NCBI RefSeq assembly: GCF_000017305.1
Contig: NC_009664.2
Coordinates: 420,001-452,000 of the forward strand
Source: Kineococcus radiotolerans SRS30216 = ATCC BAA-149
GTDB taxonomy: Bacteria; Actinomycetota; Actinomycetes; Actinomycetales; Kineococcaceae
Direction of reading: 5' to 3'
Length of the DNA: 32,000 nucleotides
The notes under the pieces: generated by a model
Told to the model about the DNA's origin: nothing
Database searches by the model: none
Seen by the model: the letters and a program-made list of their open reading frames with translations, nothing else
Position numbers and translations under genes: made by a program
Shown: in pieces, positions 23,200 through 32,000 of the stretch
Numbering within the stretch: position 1 is the stretch's first letter
Layout of the letters: the number at the start of each line of letters is the position of its first letter

Positions 23200-24885
23200 T
23201 CAGGCGTCGATGACGACGGGGATGATCAGCGGCGCGCGCCGGTACGTCCGCCGGGCCCACGAGGCCACGGTGCGGGCGATGACGTCCTCGAGCTGGCGGG
23301 AGTCGGGGTGCCCGTCGGTGGCGGCCCGGGCCAGCGCCTTCTCGATGAGGGGCACGACGGGGTCGAAGGAGTCCCCGGCGTGGACGAAACCGCGGGCCAG
23401 GAAGTCCGGCGGGTCGGCCAGCTGCCCCGTGTCGGCGTCGATGATCGCGACGACGGCGAGGACGCCCTCCTCCGCGAGGGTGCGCCGGTCCTGCAGGGAC
23501 GCCTCGGTGGCTCCCCCCACGACGGAGGCGTCGACGTAGACGTTGTGCACGGGCACCTTGCCCACCACCGACGCCCGGCCGTCGACGAGGTCGACGACGT
23601 GGCCGTTCTCGGCGACCACCACGTTGCGGGGGTCGACGCCGGTCTTGACGGCGAGGTCGGCGTTGGCGCGCAGGTGGCGCGACTCCCCGTGCACCGGCAT
23701 CACGTTGGACGGCTTGACGATGTTGTAGCAGTACACGAGCTCCCCGGCGCTGGCGTGGCCGGAGACGTGGACCTTCGCGTTGCCCTTGTGCACGACGTTC
23801 GCGCCGAGGGAGGTCAGGCCGTTGATGACCCGGTAGACGGCGTTCTCGTTGCCCGGGATGAGAGAGCTGGCCAGCAGGACGGTGTCGCCCTCGCGGACGC
23901 GGATGACGTGGTCGCCGCCGGCCATCCGCGACAGCGCCGCCATCGGCTCCCCCTGGGAGCCGGTGCACACCAGGGTCACCTTCGAGGGCGGCAGCTTCTC
24001 CAGGACCTTGAGGTCCACGACGAGGCCGGCGGGGATCTTCAGGTAGCCGAGCTCCGCGGCGATGCCCATGTTGCGCACCATGGAACGCCCCACGAAGGCC
24101 ACCTTCCGCCCGTGGGCGGCGGCCGCGTCCAGCACCTGCTGGATGCGGTGGACGTGGCTGGCGAAGCTGGAGACGATCACCCGTCGCGGCGACTTCCGGA
24201 AGACGGTCTCGATGGCGGGGATCAGCTCCCCCTCCGAGGCCGTGAACCCCGGCACCTCGGCGTTGGTGGAGTCGGTGAGGAAGAGGTCGACCCCCTCCTC
24301 GCCCAGGCGCGCGAAACCGCGCAGGTCGGTGATGCGCCCGTCCAGGGGGAACTGGTCCATCTTGAAGTCGCCGGTGTGCAGCACCAGGCCGGCGGCGGTG
24401 CGGATGGCCACGGCCAGCCCGTCGGGGATGGAGTGGTTCACCGCGACGAACTCGCAGTCGAAGGGGCCGAAGCGACGCTGGTCGCCCTCGGTGACCTCCA
24501 CCGTGACGGGGCGGATGCGGTGCTCGGTGAGCTTGGCGGTGATGAAGGCCAGCGTCAGCCGGGACCCCACCAGGGGGATGTCCGGGCGCTCGCGCAGCAG
24601 GTAGGGGACACCGCCGATGTGGTCCTCGTGCCCGTGGGTCAGGACGATCGCCACGACGTCGTCGAGGCGGTCCCGGATGGAGGTGAAGTCGGGGAGGATG
24701 ACGTCGATGCCGGGCTGGTGCTCCTCGGGGAAGAGCACCCCGCAGTCCACGATCAGCAGCTTGCCCGCGTGCTCGAAGACCGTCATGTTGCGGCCGATCT
24801 CGCCGAGGCCCCCCAGCGCGACCACCCTCAGGGCGTCTTTGGCCAGGCGCGGGGGGGCGCCCGTGTTCAGCCGTGGAGAACTCAT
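23200..24885 (-). CDS. rnj: ribonuclease J (metallo-beta-lactamase / beta-CASP RNase)
   Basis: 561 aa. Motifs: LRVVALGGLGEIGRNMTVFE, ILPDF, the beta-lactamase motif VLTHGHEDHIGGVPYLL, HTGDFKMD, SGHASAGEL. Confidence 0.95.
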   Translation of the reverse strand: MSSPRLNTGAPPRLAKDALRVVALGGLGEIGRNMTVFEHAGKLLIVDCGVLFPEEHQPGIDVILPDFTSIRDRLDDVVAIVLTHGHEDHIGGVPYLLRERPDIPLVGSRLTLAFITAKLTEHRIRPVTVEVTEGDQRRFGPFDCEFVAVNHSIPDGLAVAIRTAAGLVLHTGDFKMDQFPLDGRITDLRGFARLGEEGVDLFLTDSTNAEVPGFTASEGELIPAIETVFRKSPRRVIVSSFASHVHRIQQVLDAAAAHGRKVAFVGRSMVRNMGIAAELGYLKIPAGLVVDLKVLEKLPPSKVTLVCTGSQGEPMAALSRMAGGDHVIRVREGDTVLLASSLIPGNENAVYRVINGLTSLGANVVHKGNAKVHVSGHASAGELVYCYNIVKPSNVMPVHGESRHLRANADLAVKTGVDPRNVVVAENGHVVDLVDGRASVVGKVPVHNVYVDASVVGGATEASLQDRRTLAEEGVLAVVAIIDADTGQLADPPDFLARGFVHAGDSFDPVVPLIEKALARAATDGHPDSRQLEDVIARTVASWARRTYRRAPLIIPVVIDA

Positions 24886-24891
24886 CCGGGG

Positions 24892-24900
24892 ATCTTAGCA
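24892..24900 (-). promoter_or_regulatory. candidate extended -10 (TGCTAAGAT) giving a leaderless or near-leaderless rnj mRNA
   Basis: The minus strand reads cccTTGCTAAGATccccggATG. The hexamer TAAGAT ends 6 nt before the ATG (24885). There is no purine-rich ribosome-binding site. Confidence 0.35.
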
Positions 24901-25008
24901 AGGGCCCCCCGCCGGACCGGGCTCCTCGCTCCGCCCGCGGGGCCCCGCAGCGCACCCCGCGACGGGCCCGCGGTGGTGCCGGTCCCCCGGTCTCTGCTGT
25001 ACTCGTCC

Positions 25009-25061
25009 CGGCCGCCGGCGGTGGCGCGGGCCGGGGAAGACCCGCGACGGCCGCCGGCGGT
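25009..25061. repeat. two identical 14-mers (CGGCCGCCGGCGGT) 39 bp apart, each containing the 10-bp palindrome CCGCCGGCGG
   Basis: Direct reading: the copies lie at 25009-25022 and 25048-25061, inside the 304-bp non-coding gap between rnj and the TauE-family gene. Confidence 0.85.
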
Positions 25062-25189
25062 CCTCCGGCCCGTGACCGGGGCCACGCGCTGCGCGGCAGG
25101 ATGACGCCCGTGCCCGCACCCCACCTCGACGCCCCCCGCCCCCACCGCCAGGACCGGCCGGGCGGCCACCCCGGCTCCGGCGGGCACCG

Positions 25190-26029
25190 GTGACCGCCTC
25201 CGCCGCCTCCGCCGCCTCCGCCGCGGCGTTCTTCCCCCCCGAGCTCACCCTCGCCACCCTCCTGCTGCTGCTGGTGGCCGCCTTCGCCGCCGGCTGGATC
25301 GACGCCGTCGTCGGCGGCGGTGGGCTCCTGCAGCTCCCCGCGCTCCTCCTCGTGCCGGGGCTGAGCCCCGTCCAGGCCCTGGCGACGAACAAGCTGGGCT
25401 CGATCTTCGGCACCACCACCAGCGCCCTCACCTACTACCGCCGCGCCCGCCCGGACCTGCGCACCGCCCTGCCGATGGCGGCCGTCGCGCTGGTGGGCAG
25501 CTTCGGGGGGGCCTCCATCGCCGCGGCGCTCCCGGTGGCGGTGTTCAAACCCGTCATCGTCCTGGCCCTGGTCACCGTCGCGGTGATCACCCTGCTCCGG
25601 CCCGCCCTGGGGACCACGACCGCGCTGCGCTTCTCCGGGCACGCCCACTACCGCGCCGCGATCGCCGTGGGTCTGGCCGTCGGCGTCTACGACGGGGTCC
25701 TGGGCCCGGGCACGGGCACCTTCCTGGTCATCGCGATGGTCAGCCTCATCGGGTACGACTTCGTGCAGGCCAGCGCCAAGGCCAAGATCGTGAACTTCGC
25801 CACCAACCTCGGCGCCCTGCTGTTCTTCGCCCCGCACGGCGCGGTCGCGTGGGGGCTCGGGATCCTCCTCGGGCTCGCCAACACCGCCGGCAGCTACCTG
25901 GGCTCGCGGATGGCCATCTCCAGCGGGACCCGGTTCATCCGCACCGCGTTCCTCGTCGTGGTCACCGCGCTGATCGTCAAGGTGGGGCACGACGTGTGGG
26001 TGGAGAACCTGCGCCCCCTCCTCGCCTGA
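25190..26029 (+). CDS. TauE/SafE-family (DUF81) anion exporter membrane protein
   Basis: 279 aa, polytopic. The family-typical block AAGWIDAVVGGGGLLQLPALLL is present, with a second half-repeat GTGTFLVIAMVSLIG. GTG 25190 is the only upstream start I see. Confidence 0.8.
   Translation: MTASAASAASAAAFFPPELTLATLLLLLVAAFAAGWIDAVVGGGGLLQLPALLLVPGLSPVQALATNKLGSIFGTTTSALTYYRRARPDLRTALPMAAVALVGSFGGASIAAALPVAVFKPVIVLALVTVAVITLLRPALGTTTALRFSGHAHYRAAIAVGLAVGVYDGVLGPGTGTFLVIAMVSLIGYDFVQASAKAKIVNFATNLGALLFFAPHGAVAWGLGILLGLANTAGSYLGSRMAISSGTRFIRTAFLVVVTALIVKVGHDVWVENLRPLLA
25196..25222. repeat. 9-bp tandem repeat (GCCTCCGCC)x3
   Basis: Direct reading. It encodes (ASA)3 at the extreme N-terminus of the TauE-family protein. 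Confidence 0.9.
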
Positions 26030-26034
26030 GACCC

Positions 26035-26054
26035 GCCCCCGCGCCCGCGGGGGC
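26035..26054 (+). terminator. GC hairpin after the TauE-family gene
   Basis: GCCCCCGC-gccc-GCGGGGGC (8-bp stem, 4-nt loop), 6 nt after the TGA. No U-tract. The next gene starts 22 nt downstream. Confidence 0.35.
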
Positions 26055-26075
26055 GGCCGCACCTACGGTGGGCGG

Positions 26076-28613
<2,538 letters not shown>

Positions 28614-28657
28614 CCCGGCCCCCGACCCGGCTGAGCGGCTGACCCGCCGACCCGCGG

Positions 28658-29146
28658 TCAGCGCGCCGGGACCCGCCCGGCGGCCCCCGCCGCGGACCCC
28701 TCCAGGTACCCGGCCAGCGCCCGCAGCCGGCGTCCGGTCTCCCAGCGGAACACCCGCAGGGCGACGGCCTCGACGGGGCGGCGCAGCGGGGCCGGTGCCC
28801 CGGTGAACGTGAGGGTGTAGACCACCTCGCTGCGTCCGCCGTCGAGGTCGCGGTGCCGCATCGAGGCGGCCCAGCCGGCGAAGAACGGGGAACGGGAGGT
28901 CAACGTGACGGCCGCGAGGTTCGGGGGCCGGAAGGTGACGTAGCGGGTGCGGAAGGTCAGGCCCCCCAGCGTCCAGCGGGCGCGGCAGACGGCCTCGACA
29001 CCGCGGGCGGGGGGCGCGCCGCCGACGGTGAACGCCTCGCGCAGCAGGGTGTCCCACCGCAGCCGGTCCGCGTAGTCGTGCACGACGTCGAAGGCCACGT
29101 CGGCGGGGACGGGCAGGACCTGCCGGACGACGGCGTGCGCGCTCAC
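28658..29146 (-). CDS. SRPBCC (START / polyketide-cyclase-like) family protein
   Basis: 162 aa from GTG 29146 (VSAHAVVRQVLPVPADVAFDVVHDYADRLRWDTLL...). The N-terminal pattern (xxxVxAPxxxVFDxVxDxxxxxxW) and the size are typical of SRPBCC proteins. Confidence 0.6.
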   Translation of the reverse strand: MSAHAVVRQVLPVPADVAFDVVHDYADRLRWDTLLREAFTVGGAPPARGVEAVCRARWTLGGLTFRTRYVTFRPPNLAAVTLTSRSPFFAGWAASMRHRDLDGGRSEVVYTLTFTGAPAPLRRPVEAVALRVFRWETGRRLRALAGYLEGSAAGAAGRVPAR

Positions 29147-29232
29147 CGCCCCAGGCTGCCAGCCCCGGGCGGTGCGCGCGACGCGCGGTGCGGGCGGGGG
29201 CCGGTGGGTCGCCCGCCGGACCCCGGCGCCCC

Positions 29233-30363
29233 TCAGGACCGGGGCGGGACGACCTTCCGCTCGGCCAGGACGTCGAGCAGTTCGAGGAACCGGTCGATGC
29301 TGTCGTGGCACTCCCCGAAGCCCGCCCGGCGCACCTTGACGGTGCTCGTCACGTTGTCGAACTCGGAATGGAACAGGAAGTCCCCGAACTGCCAGCGCAC
29401 CAGGTCCGCGTACGGCGTCGGGAGCAGGCCGTGACGCTGCACCGCCCGCTGCCAGGTGCCCTCGTGCATCGGCATGATCGAGCTGAGCGGGAAGTCCTGC
29501 GGCTCGTCGTGCTCCATGCCCAGGTGCTCGGCGATGGCGGCGTAGGCGTGGACCCAGCGGAACTGGTCGCCGTTGGTGACGTTGAAGACCTCCCCGGCGG
29601 CGGCGGGTTCCGAACCCGCCCACACGGTGGCGCGCGCCAGCAGTTCCGCGTCGGTCACCTGGTACAGCGCCTCACCGGCGGCCCGCGATCCGGGGAAGCG
29701 CAGCGGCAGGCCCAGTTCGCGGCTGATCGCGGCGTGCACGGCGACGACCGTGAGGATGTTCATGGGGTTGCCGGTGGCGAACCCCACGACCCCCTCGGGG
29801 CGCAGCAGCGTGACCCGGAACCCGCGCCGGGCCGCCTCCTCCCGCAGCAGGTCCTCCTGCGCGTAGTAGAAGTTCGGCACCAGCAGCCGCGGGTCCCGCT
29901 CGCGCGCCGGGGTCTTGAACCCCTTGAGGTGGGCTCCGTAGGCCTTGCCGCCCTGGTAGAGGGTCACGTGCTGCAGGGGGGCGTCCCCCAGGGCGTCGAG
30001 GGTGTTGCGCAGCAGGGCGAGGTTGTCGTCGATCTGCTGCTGCTCCCCGCCGCGCTCGACGTAGGCGCCGAACACCAGGTGCGTCGTGTCCCGGGCCGCG
30101 GCGAGCCCCTCGCGCGCGCCCCGCGCCTGCGACAGGTCGACCGCCAGGGCCTCCCAGTCGACGCCGGGCTGGTCGCGGCGGGCCGCGCCGCGGACCTTCC
30201 ACCCGGGGATCGCGGCGTACTCGGCGGCCGCGTGGGCCCCGATCACCCCCGCCGACCCGGCGACGAGGGCCACCCCGGGTCGCGCCGCGGCGGCGGCCAG
30301 GGGGTCGAGACCGCCGGCGGGGCTGGCGCCGTCACGGGCGGGGGCGGTGGGGGTTTCCATCAC
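29233..30363 (-). CDS. SDR-superfamily oxidoreductase of the PRISE (progesterone-5-beta-reductase / iridoid-synthase-like) type
   Basis: 376 aa. The Rossmann motif is ALVAGSAGVIGAHAA. The motif NFYYAQEDLL matches the NFYYxxED signature I associate with the PRISE/VEP1 family. GKAYG and FNVTNGD blocks are also present. Confidence 0.65.
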   Translation of the reverse strand: MMETPTAPARDGASPAGGLDPLAAAAARPGVALVAGSAGVIGAHAAAEYAAIPGWKVRGAARRDQPGVDWEALAVDLSQARGAREGLAAARDTTHLVFGAYVERGGEQQQIDDNLALLRNTLDALGDAPLQHVTLYQGGKAYGAHLKGFKTPARERDPRLLVPNFYYAQEDLLREEAARRGFRVTLLRPEGVVGFATGNPMNILTVVAVHAAISRELGLPLRFPGSRAAGEALYQVTDAELLARATVWAGSEPAAAGEVFNVTNGDQFRWVHAYAAIAEHLGMEHDEPQDFPLSSIMPMHEGTWQRAVQRHGLLPTPYADLVRWQFGDFLFHSEFDNVTSTVKVRRAGFGECHDSIDRFLELLDVLAERKVVPPRS

Positions 30364-30434
30364 GGTGGTGGTCCTCAGGTGCTCGGGAGCGGTCGCGCCG
30401 GCGGGCTCGACGCTCCCCGCACGCTAGGACGGCC

Positions 30435-30472
30435 CGGCCCGCACCGCCCGCCGGGGCCGGCGGTGCGGGCCG
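30435..30472 (-). terminator. strong GC hairpin just downstream of phoD (candidate intrinsic terminator)
   Basis: CGGCCCGCACCGCC (30435-30448) pairs with GGCGGTGCGGGCCG (30459-30472), giving a 14-bp perfect stem and a 10-nt loop. It ends 6 nt from the phoD stop at 30479. No U-tract. Confidence 0.55.
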
Positions 30473-30478
30473 TGGGGC

Positions 30479-32000
30479 TCACGCCTCCTGCAGCCCCGGC
30501 CGGCCCGCTTCGACGACGAAGCTGGCCCGGGTGCTCACCGGCGACCCGGGCTGGGACACGCGGTCCAGCACCCGGAAGTCGGCCCGCAGCTCGTCGCGGT
30601 CGAGGCGGGCCACGACGTAGCCGCGCTGGTCGTTGGCGAGCTTCAGGTCCGGGTTGTCCCTCAGCTCGCTGTCCCGGGTGGGGTAGACGTCCCCGCCGTC
30701 ACCCCCGGAGGTGATGGAGGTGCAGACCAGTTCGACCCCGACGGGGGCGGAGTCCGGGTCCGCCGCCACCCGGGCCAGGTCGGCGGCGTAGTGCTTGTGC
30801 ACGTCCCCGGTGAGGACGACGGGGTTCGCGACCCGGCGTTCGGCGAAACCGTCGAGGAGGCGCTGACGGTTGGCGGTGTACCCGTCCCAGGAGTCGGGGT
30901 TGAAACCGCGGTCCACGCCGGGGACGTAGTCGTGCTCGTGGAACATCACCTGCTGGCCGATGACGTCCCAGGTGGCGGCGGAGGACTCCAGGCCGTCCAG
31001 CAGCCACGTCTCCTGCTGCTCCCCCAGGATGCTGCGCCCGGGTTCGTCGCGCTCGGGGCCGGCGGCGGGGAACTCGTCCCCGCCGGGCTGGTCGTCGCGG
31101 TACTGGCGCGTGTCGAGCACGTGGAACGCCGCCAGCCGGCCCCAGGTGAGGCGGCGGTAGAGCTGCATGTCGGCGCTGGTGGGGCGCGCACGGGTGCGCA
31201 GCGGCATGTTCTCGTAGTACGCCTGGTAGGCCGCGGACCGGCGCGCGGTGAACTCCTCCAGGGTCGGGTAGGGCTCCTGCTCCTCCGCGACGAGGTCGGC
31301 GTAGTTGTTCTCGACCTCGTGGTCGTCCCAGGTGACGATCCACGGCGCGACCGCGTGCGCGGCCTGCAGGTCGGGGTCGGCCTTGTACTGGGCGTGGCGC
31401 AGGCGGTAGTCCGCGAGGGTCCGGGTCTCGGGCCCCATGTGGTCGCGGACGTTGTTGCCCGAGGGCGAGACGTACTGGTTGGCGGCGTACTCGTAGATGT
31501 AGTCCCCGAGGAAGAGGACCACGTCGGGCTGTTCCTCGGCCAGGCGGCGGTAGGCGGTGAACCAGCCGTGCTCGTACTGGGCGCAGGAGGCGAAGGCCAT
31601 CGTCAGGGGGGTGCCCCAGGACCTCGCGGCGGGCGCGGTGCGGGTCACGCCGACCGGGGAGACCTCGCCCCCGGTGCCGGCCAGGCGGAACCGGTAGAAG
31701 AACTCCCGGCCGGAGGGGAGGCCGTTCACCTCGACGTGGACGCTGTGCCCGAGCTGGGACACGGCGTAGGTGCGGCCGCGGCGCACGGTGCGGCGGAACC
31801 CGTCGTCCTCGGCGATCTCCCACTCGACCGGGACGTCGCGCTCGGGCATCCCGCCGCGTCCGTCCTCGGCGTAGGGCGAGGGCGCCAGGCGCGTCCACAA
31901 CACGACGCCGTCGGGGGTGGGTTCCCCGGAGGCGACCCCGAGGGTGAAGGGGTTCCCCAGCCGCCCGGCGGCGGACTTCGCCTGCCGGGCGGGGGTCTGG
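30479..32000 (-). CDS. phoD: alkaline phosphatase D (PhoD family); the N-terminus lies beyond the right edge of the window
   Basis: Motifs: VVLWTRL, FYRF, MAFASCAQYEHGWFTAY, VLFLGDYIYEY, VTWDDHEVENNY, SWDGY, VLTGDVHKHY. The frame stays open upstream of the track start at 31903: reading on gives ...GNPFTLGVASGEPTPDGVVLWTRL, the conserved PhoD N-terminal block. The true start, and any Tat signal, is therefore outside the window. Confidence 0.9.
   Translation of the reverse strand, partial: QTPARQAKSAAGRLGNPFTLGVASGEPTPDGVVLWTRLAPSPYAEDGRGGMPERDVPVEWEIAEDDGFRRTVRRGRTYAVSQLGHSVHVEVNGLPSGREFFYRFRLAGTGGEVSPVGVTRTAPAARSWGTPLTMAFASCAQYEHGWFTAYRRLAEEQPDVVLFLGDYIYEYAANQYVSPSGNNVRDHMGPETRTLADYRLRHAQYKADPDLQAAHAVAPWIVTWDDHEVENNYADLVAEEQEPYPTLEEFTARRSAAYQAYYENMPLRTRARPTSADMQLYRRLTWGRLAAFHVLDTRQYRDDQPGGDEFPAAGPERDEPGRSILGEQQETWLLDGLESSAATWDVIGQQVMFHEHDYVPGVDRGFNPDSWDGYTANRQRLLDGFAERRVANPVVLTGDVHKHYAADLARVAADPDSAPVGVELVCTSITSGGDGGDVYPTRDSELRDNPDLKLANDQRGYVVARLDRDELRADFRVLDRVSQPGSPVSTRASFVVEAGRPGLQEA

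Noticed and set aside
24873-25193. Small ORFs inside the rnj/TauE intergenic gap (106 aa on +, 101 aa on -).
   Set aside because: They have many A/T-ending codons (tca, gat, ctt, gct, cct, cga, ggt, tct, gta, aga...), unlike every real gene here. They also overlap the rnj start.

Overview
This is a very G+C-rich chromosomal segment (visually above 70% G+C, not computed) with actinobacterial codon usage. Real genes show almost exclusively G/C at third codon positions, and every real gene is shadowed by long Arg/Pro/Gly-rich artefact ORFs. I can support about 30 protein-coding genes. I found no rRNA, tRNA, CRISPR array, transposase or integrase.

Most of the window is a patchwork of housekeeping and accessory functions:
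- RNase J, methionine aminopeptidase, SelO, a PdxH-like oxidase
- a GabP-type permease, PhoD, a TauE/SafE exporter
- an ECF sigma/anti-sigma pair, an APH(3')-like kinase
- an EAL-CBS phosphodiesterase and an SLT-domain transglycosylase

The parts most worth a second look are:
1. Positions 1-8114 hold a tightly coupled MoxR-class AAA+ ATPase and VWA/HExxH-metallopeptidase pair. The VWA protein carries an unusual insert of about 360 aa, made of beta-rich repeats bracketed by acidic motifs. Three unassignable proteins flank the pair on one side. On the other side is a histidine kinase that converges on its likely response regulator and overlaps it by 28 bp.
2. Positions 17498-18436 encode a complete type-1 microbial rhodopsin. 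It has a DTE motif, a Schiff-base lysine, and a His-rich C-terminal tail. No retinal or carotenoid genes are visible in the window.
3. Positions 20721-20790 contain five ACCGG(T/C) palindromic cores at an exact 14-bp period. They lie in the divergent promoter region between a small XRE regulator and the methionine aminopeptidase gene.
4. Positions 26076-28613 encode a class-II UvrA paralogue that lacks the UvrB-binding module.

All functional calls rest on motifs read by eye. No database search was possible.
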